From Eledone cirrhosa (taxonomy: Eukaryota), in the NCBI GenBank assembly GCA_964016885.1, contig OZ024746.1, positions 33,542,001-33,606,000 of the forward strand: DNA of 64,000 nucleotides. The letters are read 5' to 3'. This document shows, piece after piece, positions 13,290-25,926 of the stretch (the first letter of the stretch is position 1; each line of letters opens with the position of its first letter). The notes beneath the pieces are model-generated. The model had not been told where the DNA came from, made no database searches, and saw only the letters and a program-made list of their open reading frames with translations. Made by a program: the position numbers and the translations under genes.

Positions 13290-13795
13290 AATTTTTTTCT
13301 CTCTCTCTCTTTCGTCTGCGACTTCACAAAACTTATGTTTACCGAATTCGTAGACCAGACCCCTTCTTCTTCTTCTTCTTCTTCTTCTTCTTCTTCTTCT
13401 TCTTCTTCTTCTTCTTCTTCTTCTTCTTCTTCTTCTTCTTCTTCTTCTTCTTCCCCCCCGTTAGACCTGTGCGAAATTCCTTCCTTGCTCACATTTCAAC
13501 CAGGTTTGATGGTCTTTTGTCTCTTGTTCACAATTTGACCGAGTTTATATTCATAGAGATCTGGGACTTGTCTATTTCTTCTCACTTTCCGTTGCTTAAA
13601 CCATTTTGTTTGTTACCCTAACGTCCCCTTTATTTACGTGTCCCAACGACTTTTTTTAGCCGTTGTTCGCACCAACCTGAGGCATATGGCCCTTAAAGCG
13701 ATGAAATGCCTGGGACGGTTGGAGGGTCACTGATGAAGGACTTACTTTTTCCTATGCACCACCATTTGCAACGTGCAGCCATCATTATTATCATA
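13290..13795 (+). mobile_element. Dispersed pLTR-like repeat (family of 1-608) with an internal (TTC)n expansion, ending in (TA)n
   Basis: Matches 536-608 directly and 1-190 in reverse. (TTC)n spans ~13363-13453. Confidence 0.8.
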
Positions 13796-13881
13796 TATAT
13801 ATATATATATATATATCTATATATATATGAATATATAAAGAGAGAGAGAGAGGGGGGATAGAGTAAGTGAGAGAGAGGAAG

Positions 13882-13963
<82 letters not shown>

Positions 13964-14248
13964 GTATAAATATATATATATTACAATTATATTTCTCGCC
14001 CTGGCATAGCTGATACATAAATGTAAATATACATACTTACACGCGCACACACCAACACACGCATACACACACAAACACACACACACATTCACACACATGT
14101 ATATATATATATATATACCCATATACATATATATAAACATACATACATTATTGTTAATGTTCGATATAACCCACAGGTACATATGTATATGTATATATGT
14201 GTGTAGGTAGGCATACTTACATTTATATATTTATAAAAAATATTTATA

Positions 14249-14324
<76 letters not shown>

Positions 14325-14335
14325 CACATGCACGC

Positions 14336-14387
<52 letters not shown>

Positions 14388-14882
14388 ATCTGCGTCTGTG
14401 TTTGTGTATGTGCGTGTAAATCCTTACGAGTGTGTATTTGAGTATGTGGGTGGATGTTTTGAATGTCTGAACTATTCAATAATTGATGAAAACAAACGTA
14501 TTGAAACGAGAATGGTCCTAACATACTATTGGAAATTTACAAGCAGGGAACAAACAAAAAATAAAACAGAAAATTTGTGACAACAAGGCAATAATATTAA
14601 TCAATAAAATATCGCATAATCAAACAAATTTTATTACAGATTATTGTGTGATAAATGAGATTGTAGTGAAGATTCTAATGCGTTAATATATAGCTTTATT
14701 TCCTGACTTAAATTTTTTCAGTTGAAGGCAAGTTTACTGGCACCTCAAAATCTCATTTCATCAAGAAGAAGCTGAGCAAACTCTATGTTTACATATTCTC
14801 CACTTACATTCGAGGGCGTACGTAACACAGGAATAGCATACAATAACACTGACTGAATTGTGATTAATTCATTACGATATAG

Positions 14883-14916
<34 letters not shown>

Positions 14917-15047
14917 ATATTTGTATGTATGCGAGTGTGTGTGTATGTATATATATACACACACGTTCGCATACATACAAATACACACACACGCACGCAC
15001 GCACACACATACACACACACACATATATATATGTATGTATATATATA

Positions 15048-15095
<48 letters not shown>

Positions 15096-15519
15096 TAAAT
15101 ATATATATATATATATATATGTATGTATATATATATATATATATATATATACACAAACATATATATATATAAACATTATAATTGTTGCTTTAAATCTTTG
15201 CATTTTTTCATGCGCCTATTTTTTTTTTCTCTCGTTTCTGTTTACTTGTTTATATGTTCTCATTCTTTTTATGGGAAACAAGATTATTGTGATTGCATTG
15301 TACAATGTTGAATAAATTGTATTCGTATTCAATTTAGGATATAAACCCAAAGAAAGCAAGGAACTAGTAACAGAAAACGTATCGATAATGCTACTAAGTT
15401 GATAAGACGAACATGAAAATGCAATAAAATATTCAAAGAACATAGGCGATATAATTCAAAACCTAATTTCTTCAAACGCACTCAACAGATATAAGAAAAC
15501 CGCCAATTCGCATGAAAAG

Positions 15520-15566
<47 letters not shown>

Positions 15567-15567
15567 G

Positions 15568-15724
<157 letters not shown>

Positions 15725-15758
15725 CATATATATACGTACATATATATACGTACATATT

Positions 15759-15883
<125 letters not shown>

Positions 15884-16656
15884 ATTGTTGTGTGTCTGCG
15901 TGTGTGTGTGTGTGTGTATTCCTCCTCTGGGTAATATATTGTTATCCAATACATTGTTACACTAGGTTTCACACACATACGGAATGAGTTTGAATAAACA
16001 TAAACATCGGTGTAAAATCCGTCTTCTAAGTAATCTTTATGTCTAATTGTATTGACCAATGTGAGTCAAGATTTAAACTATGTTGCCAAATAGATGCACA
16101 TTTACAACAACCATCTGAATAGAGACAAACATACCAATATTTGTTTCGATGAAATAAAAAACGACTGCATATATCGTTGTGTGTCGGGAAGTCTTTTGCA
16201 TTCACTAGTATGGAAATTTTCCGCTTTTATGAAATATCCTTGATAATTTGTTAAAAAAATAAAAACAAAAATAAAAAAAACACATGTATTAAGGGCTGAG
16301 TAAGCTATGGAAAACCCTTGAACATTTATGAGATTTCAATTCTCATTGATACTTAATTTAATCCTTGTGGTTGCTCCCATTTAAATGTTTTCGAAATTAT
16401 ACTAAAAGCATTATAGATCATCTATTCTGTTCATGTAAATCCAAAGTTTTAAAGATTAGTAACATTATTGCCATAGAGCACGATGTCGTCTATGTTGCAG
16501 GATTAAAGCAATGAATGAAAATGAAAAAAAGTAATAATACAGAAAACTATGTTTGGAACGACGCATAAGGAATAACATGGTTTAAGTACTTGGATAAAGA
16601 GGATAAAAGGGAAAACGATAAATGATCAAAATACTTCAATGCCGATGGCGATGATC

Positions 16657-16688
<32 letters not shown>

Positions 16689-16699
16689 AATAATAATAA

Positions 16700-16915
16700 T
16701 GATTTCAAGTATAGGCACAAGGCAAGTAATATGGGAAGTAGGGGAAAGTCGATTAAATCGACCTCAGTGCTTGACTGGTACTTTATTTTATCGACTCCGT
16801 AAGGATGAAAGGCAAAGTTAACCCCGCAAGATTTGAACTCTGAACGTAAAGGGCCGTAACTCTATGCTGCAAAGCAGAATGCCCGACGCTCTACCGACAC
16901 TGCCAATCTCCCACC
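16700..16915 (-). mobile_element. tRNA-derived SINE, near full length
   Basis: Reverse complement of the consensus seen at 37089-37300. Confidence 0.85.
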
Positions 16916-17199
16916 ATAATAATAATAATAATAATAATAATGTTTTCTTTATTAACCACAAGGGTTTACATAAAGTAGACATTAAGTACAGTACAGGACA
17001 ATACAGGACGGTACAAATGGGCATTTCTGCGTGTAAAAAAAAAAACAAAAAAAAAACAGAGGATGTAATAAAATAACAAAGAAAAATTCCCCAATAGGGG
17101 GGAGACTTCCGAGGGACATTTGTGGAGAAAGCCCATTAAAAGACCACAGTGACCCTGACCACCAGAGCAAGTGCCCTCTCCCAGTTTTCCACCTTTAAT

Positions 17200-18569
17200 T
17201 TACAGACACATACTCATTCGGGCCATACTTGCTTCTCTCACCCATCTTTCAACAAAATGCTGGGAAGAGAGCACTCCCCTCTCTACCCTGATTTTCCTTT
17301 TCAAATGAAATTTGAAAAAGTTAATCAGGGTATCACCGAAGAGGTAAGTGCTCGTCTTCAGCCCTTTCAAACGTGTCCACCATATTATCTCTTTCGCCAT
17401 GGCCACCAGACAGATAAAAACTGCCTGCCCTTCCCGGCTAAAGGAAGAGGGCGGGGCAATCCTCACGATGGACTCAGCTGATAGCTGGATCCGTCCTACA
17501 CGTGACAGCAGGTGTTCGACATAAACCCACAAGTCAGCAATGTTCGGACACTGGACGAGTGCATGCAGGACGGTTTCGTCGCCCTGTGCGCATCTCGGAC
17601 ATGCCCGGCTGACGGCATCTCCGTGCCTGTAGAGTTTATCCCGAACTGGCAAAGCTCCCCGGTAGCACTGCCAGGCCAGGGATTTCTGGAGGTTGTCCAT
17701 AGGCCCCGGCCCGAAAGTCCTTCCGAAGAGATTGGCTAGTTGATTTTCGTCGACGCCTAGAGTTTCTCCAAGTACGTCGTCGGTCTCCCCCTCCACTAAT
17801 CCTCTATAGAACGCCAAGGTGGAGTTTCCACCGATCACATTGCCTGATTGGTCGAGGGCTGTGAGCGCCTGAAGACATTCCAGTCTCCAAGCGCTCCCTC
17901 TCGGTCTTCGCTTGACCCAGGACTGCAGCTCCGTCAAGGAGACGAGCTGGGGAAAAACGTGTCTAGCAAACGGCGACCACACCTGATCACCATCGAGGAA
18001 GAGGTGGAGATGTCGTAGTCTGAGCACGTGTCTGTGCATCATCAGCCACGGCATGCCCAGCCCTCCACGCCAGTCATTGCCTCCCGTACTTCAGCGGTTG
18101 TTGTCGGCTTTTCGCAACAGCGCCCCAGAGGCCCAAAACCGCGGCAGTCCGTCGAGGTAGACACTAACGTCCATCCATCGATCCGGCCCGCCACTGCTCC
18201 GAACAGTTGAGCGAAGTGTCGCTGAAAAGCTTCACACATTTGCCTGGGATCGAGTAGCATGCGCCCCTCGTGGTCCACCAAAGCCCGCATCGTGGCTTTG
18301 TTGCCAAGACGCGCCTCCGCCACTCGGGCCCATTGAACGGCTTTCGTCCCCTCGTGTCTGAGAGAACGCACCCTAGCTCTGACAACGCAGCCTTCGTGCT
18401 TTGCATCGATCGCGATGCCTTTGCTAAGCGCCTCGTCTAATTTTCTAACTAATTCTCCCTCTGCTCTATTTTTCTCTATTGCTAAAGCCTTACTAAACCT
18501 AATGGACTCTATTGTAATTGCTCTTTTCAGAGCAAACCACCACCTGTTGTTGACGATGGCCCCCGTCAA
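17200..18569 (-). pseudogene. ORF2 remainder: post-APE linker fused to the C-terminal region with a zf-RVT-like finger
   Basis: WWFALK...GCVVRARV...EG...F..LF...TTAEVREAMT is followed directly by (GGLG)MPWL...ALPVRDKL...CPRC..GDETVLHALVQC. No RT motifs are present. Confidence 0.85.
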
Positions 18570-18580
18570 CGCCCGCTTAA

Positions 18581-19369
18581 CTAGTTCGCTAATCCGGCCT
18601 TGCGTGCTGGAAAGGACGCGTTTAGTTTCCAGTAGCCGGGTCCTCGTCTATGAAGCCTATCTAAGTCAAGCACACAGATCACGAATTTGTGGTCCGTGTA
18701 GCTGACTATCTTGAATTGTGGACAGCCTATGCTAGACCTATCTATTTCCCTACAAAATACTCTATCTAGATGTGATCTGGATGACCCTATGCTATTTGTC
18801 CAAGTCCACACAGGTACATTCGGGAAATCCATTCGGTACCTGTCAGACAGTTCAAAACGCCCGAGCAGGTTGGTGAGCCTCTTGCACCCTCCTTCCCTAT
18901 CCACTAATCCCACACAATCCCAGCGTGCATCTAAGATCCCGTTCCAGTCGCCCACTAACACTAAAGAGCGGGACGTTCGAAGAAAGGTTTCCAGACGCCG
19001 GAAGAAATCAGGCCGCCCTGCTCCTATCGGGGCATAGACGGCCACTAACCTGAAAGCTTGCCCGTCTCTGCTGGTCACGTCCAGCACCACCAACTTACCT
19101 TCTGGGTCCAGGAAGATGGCCCGTATGGCGAGTTCCAAACCTCTCCGAAAAAGCACAGCAACTCCTCCCCCCGCTCCCGGACGGCTGGGAGATACGTACA
19201 CATCGTAGCCGCCGAAGATCGGTGCGAAGGCCCGTGCTTCGGAGATTCTGGTCTCGCTGATGGCCACTACATCTATGTTTAGTGACCTGAGGTCGTTGAG
19301 CAGGTGGCCCTGCTTCCATGGCGACCCCAAGCCACACGCATTTATGCTGCCTATTCTGAGTGAGGTCAT
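18581..19369 (-). CDS. LINE ORF2 N-terminal apurinic-like endonuclease (APE)
   Basis: Motifs SINACGL, ISETR, GGGVAVL, VAVYAP, VGDWN, WTW, SHLDRV, YTDHK and GPGYWKLNAS, characteristic of L1/Tx1 APE. Confidence 0.92.
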   Translation of the reverse strand: MTSLRIGSINACGLGSPWKQGHLLNDLRSLNIDVVAISETRISEARAFAPIFGGYDVYVSPSRPGAGGGVAVLFRRGLELAIRAIFLDPEGKLVVLDVTSRDGQAFRLVAVYAPIGAGRPDFFRRLETFLRTSRSLVLVGDWNGILDARWDCVGLVDREGGCKRLTNLLGRFELSDRYRMDFPNVPVWTWTNSIGSSRSHLDRVFCREIDRSSIGCPQFKIVSYTDHKFVICVLDLDRLHRRGPGYWKLNASFPARKAGLAN

Positions 19370-19403
19370 GTTGAAAAGGAGTGGAAAAGATGGGAAAGAC
19401 CAC

Positions 19404-19988
19404 TTACCTTACTTCTCGTAGGGGAAGGACGGTTTTTCCATCCTTTTCACTGCTTGTGGCCTCCTCAGGAAGGATGTCCTTATAAATCCTCCTGGAGAGT
19501 GCTTGTCGGAAGTCTCCGATGTCTTTGGGGAATTTTTGTTTTAGTGTCATGTACGTTTTCTGTGTGATGCGAGTGATTTGTATGTGTGGAGGTGGTGTGA
19601 ATTTTTGGGTTGTTGTGTAGTCTTTTTCTGTGATGCTGGTGTTGTGTTGGATGTAGTGTAATAATTGGTTGTTGTTAAAATTTAATGCTGTGTAGTGTGT
19701 ATCGTTTTGGTTGTTTCGTTTTGTTTGCGTTTGTTGTGGGTTTGTTTCTGTTTCGCATTTTGGTGACTTTTGTGGTGTAGGTGATGGTGGTGTTGGGGTT
19801 AATGATGGTGATGGTGTTGGTGTTTGGGTTGATGGGGTTGGTGATGCTGGTGTGGATGGTGGCATATCTGTCCTAACTTTTTTGTTTGTTAATTTATTTG
19901 TTTCCCTCTGTATTTTGTTTTTGGAGGGGGAAGGAAGAGAATTTTTTCTTTTTTGGTTTCTTTTTTTTTTCCTGATACCCTTTCCCAC
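19404..19988 (-). pseudogene. ORF1 C-terminal continuation (frameshift near the T-run at ~19960-19970)
   Basis: Lys- and Pro/Thr-rich ORF overlapping the end of ORF1 and stopping 35 bp before the ORF2 ATG. Confidence 0.6.
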
Positions 19989-21397
19989 TCCTCGTCGTCA
20001 CAATCTGTCTCCAGTTGTGATAGGCCGGGGAGTGGAAAATCCTCCACAGGCGTTAGTTTTGGTTGTGGCGTGGTGGATGGTGTAGGCGCTGGTGCTAGTT
20101 CTGAAGCGTTGGGTGGTGTTGGTTTTGCTGGTGGTGGTGGTGTTGGTTTTGCTACTGTTGCTGGGATTGTTGCTGTTATAGTTGCTTCTGTTGTTGCTGC
20201 TACAGTTGTTGCTGCCATCTCTGCTACTGGTGGTGTTGATGGTTGTGTCACTGGGGTGGTTAGGAGAGGTGGCCTCAACCTTTTAGCCTGAGGGCAGAAA
20301 GCCCTTAGTTGGGTTCCTTCACCACAAACGACACACATAGGCCTTCTGCCCTCGACAATTACGGTGAGGTGGCTGCCGTCAGTGAGGTCTTTTACCTCTG
20401 GTATCTCCTCAATGCTTTTTTGGTCCGCTTGGATCAGGAGCTCCATCCCAGATTCGGACCAGTTCTCCTGCTTTTCTTTTGCTATTACTATCATCCTTGT
20501 GTTGGCTTCGATGCCGGCGAGGACGGCCGCTATTAGCCAGGGAATTTTGATGGCCGGTGCAACGTGGGTCACCCTGATCTTTACGAGTCTCTGGCCAAAA
20601 TAGCTTGGGACGAGTGTGAAGTCGTCACTTCTTAATGGGGCCTTGGAGTGTTCTCTAGCCTCCTCTGGTGTTTCAAAGAACACGTCCACGGTTCCATACT
20701 TCTGCCCACGTCTGATGTGGGTTTTCCTTGCCCACACATGTCCCAAAGCTTTTTGGATTTGGGAGTCGGATGCCCGTCCAACTCGGCGCGATTTTACATT
20801 TATTGTTCGATACGACACGGTGCATAGGCGCCGATGCTCCATTTTATTAGGCGTGTGTGTGTAGGGGGGGGGGGTGAGGCTGACCCTGTACCCATCTTTC
20901 TTTACCATTTGTTTGGCATTTTCTAAATCCTCCTGAGTTACCGTAAATGCTTCGAACTGTTTTGCTACTCTGGCAAAACTCAGGGTGGTTTTTTTAATGT
21001 CATTGTTGTTGTTGTTGCTATCGTTATTTTTGTTATTATTAATTTTAGTTTCAGTTGTGGTGGTGGTGAAGTCAGTGAAAGTTGGTTTGGGAGAGTCCAT
21101 TTTGGTTGAAAATATTTCGACATCACGAGTTGATTTATTTTTTTCTTTTGTTTCTGTTGTCGCGGTGGTGGTGCGGGTTGTGGTTGTCGCGGTGGTGGTG
21201 GTGGTGGCGGCTTTAACACCTGCAGTCATTGGTAATGGCGGGAAATGAATGTCTGCCTGAGACAAATTAAAAATATTGCTAGTGCTTAAATTATTTGTGT
21301 TGGAAGACGTATAATCATTTACAATGGTGGTGTCGGTGTGAGGTGTTAATTTGTGAGAAAGAATTTCAGCTGCTTGGTGCAGTGGTGAATTAGCCAT
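19889..21397 (-). CDS. LINE ORF1 (gag-like; RRM-like region, degenerate zinc knuckle)
   Basis: 502-aa ORF with low-complexity ends and VIVEGRRPMCVVCGEGTQLRAFCP (a CCHC knuckle with H replaced). It lies upstream of the APE ORF. Confidence 0.8.
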   Translation of the reverse strand: MANSPLHQAAEILSHKLTPHTDTTIVNDYTSSNTNNLSTSNIFNLSQADIHFPPLPMTAGVKAATTTTTATTTTRTTTATTETKEKNKSTRDVEIFSTKMDSPKPTFTDFTTTTTETKINNNKNNDSNNNNNDIKKTTLSFARVAKQFEAFTVTQEDLENAKQMVKKDGYRVSLTPPPYTHTPNKMEHRRLCTVSYRTINVKSRRVGRASDSQIQKALGHVWARKTHIRRGQKYGTVDVFFETPEEAREHSKAPLRSDDFTLVPSYFGQRLVKIRVTHVAPAIKIPWLIAAVLAGIEANTRMIVIAKEKQENWSESGMELLIQADQKSIEEIPEVKDLTDGSHLTVIVEGRRPMCVVCGEGTQLRAFCPQAKRLRPPLLTTPVTQPSTPPVAEMAATTVAATTEATITATIPATVAKPTPPPPAKPTPPNASELAPAPTPSTTPQPKLTPVEDFPLPGLSQLETDCDDEEWERVSGKKKETKKEKILFLPPPKTKYRGKQIN

Positions 21398-21635
21398 TTT
21401 TTTTAAAAAGAAATTTGTTGATAATCATAAAAGTTTAAATTTTAGGCACAAGGCCCCAATCTTTTTGGGTGTCCTTTTCGGAAAACAATGTATGTGCGCT
21501 TATATATAGTTAACAATAAAAATTTTCCATAAATGGCAATTTTTAACAAACGGAAATAACAAACCTTTGCGGAGCTCACGATGATACGATTTACTACGTA
21601 GGTCGCCAATAATAATAATAATAATAATAATAATA

Positions 21636-22232
21636 ATTGTTTCTACTTTTGGCACAAGGCCAGCAATTACCCAGTCCATTACTGGTACTTTATTTTATCG
21701 ACCCCATAAGGATGAAAGGCAAAGTTAACCTCGGCGGTATTTGAACTCAGAGTGTAAAGGGACGTAACTATGCTAGAAAGCATGGTGTCCAACCCTCTAC
21801 CGATACTGCCAATTCACCGCCCTTAATAATAATAATAATTGTTTCTACTTTTGGCACAAGGCCAGCAATTACCCAATGCATTACTGGTACTTTATTCTAT
21901 CGACCCCGGAAGGATGAAAGGCAAAGTAATAATGGTTTCTGATTTAGGTACAAGGCCAGCAATATTTGGGGAGGAGAGTGTTGATTAACTCTACCCCAGT
22001 ACTTATAATGGTTTCTGATTTAGACACAAGGCCAGCAACCTTAAGGGGGAGGGGAGAGTCAATTAAATTGACCCCCAGTGCGTTATTGGAACTTTTATTT
22101 AATCGACCCCTTAAGGATGAAAGGCAACGCTAACATCTACATTGTTTGAAATCAGAAAACAAAGGGTCGTAACTCTATGCAGCAATGCATGTTCTCCGAT
22201 GCCCAACCGATACTGTCAATCCCCCGCCCTTA
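21636..22232 (-). mobile_element. Cluster of tandem SINE copies (two near full length, others partial)
   Basis: Repeated ggcacaaggccagcaa...atcgacccc..aaggatgaaaggcaa units, with heads ending in ccgccct at ~21822 and ~22230. Confidence 0.85.
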
Positions 22233-22234
22233 TT

Positions 22235-23330
22235 TCGTTATTGGTCAGGAAAGCCGAAACATGTAGGAAAATACAAAAAAATAGGGACTGTGGGGTTTTA
22301 CAAAAGATGAAAGATTTCAAAAATGTGTAAACAAATAAAAACAGATAAAAATATACAATATAATTATACCAATAAATATTCCCCAATAGGGGAGCATCAC
22401 ATCCAGAGATGACGTAGGGATGCTACCGATACTAAACCACCTTACTCTCCAAGAGCACCCTAGGATGGCGCCCCTCCTCTCTAAATTCTCTAGCCTACAG
22501 ACGAATGACCAGAATACGCCAATTAAGTTGGGCTATTACCACTACATTCACCCACCTTTGGACACATATAGTCCCCAGGCAGATGATAACAGCCTGCACT
22601 CCCCAACGAAAGCAAGGCGGGACAATTTTCACGATGGACTTGGCTGATAGCTAGATCTTCAATACAAGCATTTATAGCTGTTCGACAAAACTATATAGGT
22701 CTGTTATTCACGGACATTAGACGTCTCGGACAGTCACTTCCATGCCTGTAGAATTTTACACCAACCGGTAGTGCCCCCACCCCCAGGGACCACTGCCAAG
22801 CCAGGGCTTTTGGGAAGAATTCCATGATCCCGGCCAAATGTTCTCCGGAACAGACTGGTCAGTTAAATTTCGTTGACGCCTAGAGCCTTTCACGAGACCG
22901 CCATCCAACCTGCACACCACTAATCCGCTATAGTGCGCTTAACTGGAATTTTGACTGATTTCAATGTCCGACATTCTACTGATTTCAGTGAGCGCCTGAC
23001 AACATTAAGATGCCAGTTGCCAGTCTATGTCTTTGCTTAATTCATGACTACAGCTCAGTCAAAAATACGAGATGCGGAAAGACCTGTCTGACAAGAGGTG
23101 ACCACGCCTGCTCACATTTTAAAAGTAATTGGTGATACTGTAGTCTCAGCACATGATTGCGCATCATCAGCCACAGCATTTTAAGCCTTCCGCTTAGAAG
23201 GAGCTCGCAGCTGATGGAAATCCTCAGATGTAGAAGCTGTCTCTTTTAAAATACATTGACGAGCGCGACGATGACTCTGCTGAACGCCATGAATTTGCCA
23301 CTCCAGGTCCCGAGCTGCTAATGTACCGAG
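22235..23330 (-). mobile_element. Older, degenerate 3' fragment of the Tx1-like LINE
   Basis: Colinear similarity to 17085-18060 (ttccccaatagggg; tcacgatggact..gctgatagct; gacgcctagag; gcatcatcagccac). Confidence 0.78.
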
Positions 23331-24099
23331 TTTTCTTGTATTTGAGCAATCCTTTATTCAAACTGAATAAACAATTTTAGGAAACAGGTTGATGATTATT
23401 TAAAACGTATCAATTGTAATCTAGAATATTCATTTTTAAGCCCCCCTCCCTAAAAAAAAAATAGAAAATTTGGCTGCTTGGGTTAGTGCCATGATCTTAG
23501 GCTAAAAACAGTTCGTCAAATTTACAGAAAATCGCAGCCTTTCTGTAATAATAAGTCCTTTGAATTGTCATATTTACTTCAGATTTACAACGTTGGATAA
23601 TAATTTGTAATGTAGTATACTTCGGAGCCATATCCGTTGCGGCAGCCTGCAAAAAAAAAAAAAAAAGGAAAAAAAAAAAACTGCGTCTATCAGATTACAC
23701 ACTAGGGGACAAAAATAGACACGGCATCTCTTTCCGGATTATTTGAAAGTGTCAGTTACTTTGTGATAGTTATGACTATGGGACATGGAAATGTTACATG
23801 ACATTTTCCCATTAACATCCATTAGCGAGGATGAGATGTTTCACTTCGACATAGCGGCTAGAATATCTTCTATTTTTCTGTCTGAACAAGAGCAATGTAC
23901 AATTAATAAAATAGGCTTTCCCTTTCCATGCATAATATTTATTTTTTGCAAAATATTATAGGTGTATATTATAGTAAAAAGGTGTATAAATTGCACCTAA
24001 ATAATACCGTACAACATCGTAAACATTGTGCCTCATTCTCTCTCTCCCTCTGTACGTATACATACGTCGCATGTGGCGGATTAAGATACTACCATCAGA

Positions 24100-25849
24100 T
24101 ATGATGGCTAATTGCGATGTAACCGGGCTCTTGCTGGACGAATAAACCACTCCTGACGAACAGCGGTGACACGGAACAATGGGTGACGCATTTTACTCTC
24201 TAGAAGACACTCACAGCCCAGGTATGTAGCTACGACGAGATGAGTAAAAGCCGCTTCTAAAGCAGCCTAGACTTCTAGGATCTGAGAGAAATACTAGGTC
24301 GGTGACCACAAAAAGTGAAATATGGTTAGAAGCACGAGAAACAATCATATTATATCGTTCTTCGTTACGAAGAGATATGTTCACAAAATATATTTCAGTT
24401 GCCATCTCCTCATGCAAAAACTGACGAGAGGTTTGTAACTTGTTCTTTGGGGCGTTGGATAGACGCATAGAGATTGCATATCCAGATATTCCAAGGAGAA
24501 TTCCAGGGGAACAAACCGTAAAATTTGGAACATGAATCATCAAAACCCTTAGAGGTAAGGAGCAGAAGATAGTGTAGGATACTAATTGATACGTAGATAG
24601 ATATAGTCGGTTTTCATCAAGATTTGGATACCAGAGTGAAAGTCCACGATGCAATTCTGGCATCATAAAAGGCCGTACGCACGGGAACGGGAAATTCAGA
24701 AGCCCTCTATTTTCAGAATGTGGTATGAACTGGATCCCATTAGAAAGGAAGATTTGCCTCTAGATAGTTAGGCTGGAAGATAGTACTTGGTGTGTGGTGC
24801 AAGTTTATGATGCACACAACAAAACAGACTGCATACAGATCTTTCCTTGATGGAGTAATTGAAGCATTAGATGTAAAGGCTGATGTCTATATTCTGACAG
24901 GAGATTTCAATGCACATTTTAGCACAAATCATCTGACAAGGAAATGGGTGATTGGAAGGAACGGTGATGTTGATTTAAATACGAATTGTAAGAGGTTCTT
25001 AGACTTCTGTTCTAGTAATGGGCTCTACATTAGGTAAACCTTCTTCCAGCACAGAGACACCAATACCTATGCATGGTGTAGGGGGAATCGGGAATAGAGA
25101 TCAACAATTAATTTAATTAACGCCTGTGATCTCTTTGATTTTGTGCTGGATAATGGTCTTAAGAGAGGGTTTGAGCTGTCAACTAATCAGCATCCAATTG
25201 TCTTGAGATTCCCTAAAGCCACAGGAACTGGCAAATCCAGGTCGACTTAAACGATAAAGGGAGAAGCGGTGGATGATAAAGAAATCAGAATCAGGTATGC
25301 GGATAATATTGCACCGAAGATTTTGCAATGGAGGAGATACTGTTCTGTTTCTACTTCAGAATTTAATTGCTGCAAAAGAAAGTGACTTGGTGAGGCGCTC
25401 GAATGCAAGGGAACCCCTTGGTGCAATCAAGACATCAAAGAGACCATCCGAGCAAAGAAGGAAGCTTACAAATATTGGCATAATTATAAGTCCCCCTTCT
25501 TGAGTGCACAGTACAAGTAGGTGAGAAGAGTCGCAGCAGAGACTATAAAGGTGTCCAAAGTTACGGGATAGGAGAACTTTGATGCTGAGCTGAAATCCGA
25601 CATCAGATCAACAAATATTGTGTTCATGCAGACTATCCGCCGAATTCCTGCTATCTTGAACGCGTCAGTGAGAGGTGCATACAAGCATAACAGAAAATAC
25701 TTTACTGATGTTATAAAGCTGGCTATCAAAGCTTACTCTGAAGCACACGAGGTGCATCTAGGAGCGATGAGTAACCTGCCGGCGATTGAGGTCACACGAG
25801 CAATGAAACAGCTCAAATATGTTAAGGCCACTGGGGAGAATGAAATTTG

Positions 25850-25850
<1 letters not shown>
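24100..25850 (+). mobile_element. Degenerate RTE-like LINE 5' part (APE remnant)
   Basis: ILTGDFNAH....VIGRNGDVDLNTN.KRFLDFCSSNGL.I, later FELSTNQHP-like and KQLK..KATGE.EI. Many stops. Confidence 0.72.

Positions 25851-25926
<76 letters not shown>

Larger units (their letters stand above)
16941..21607 (-). mobile_element. L1/Tx1-clade non-LTR retrotransposon; both ends present, RT core deleted, flanked by (AAT)n
   Basis: 5'UTR, ORF1, APE, linker, C-terminal zinc-finger region, then 3'UTR with AATAAA. (AAT)n lies at 16917-16940 and 21608-21638. Confidence 0.9.

Noticed and set aside
13286-13538. Poly-E and poly-S ORFs
   Set aside because: They are translations of the (TTC)n expansion inside a repeat.
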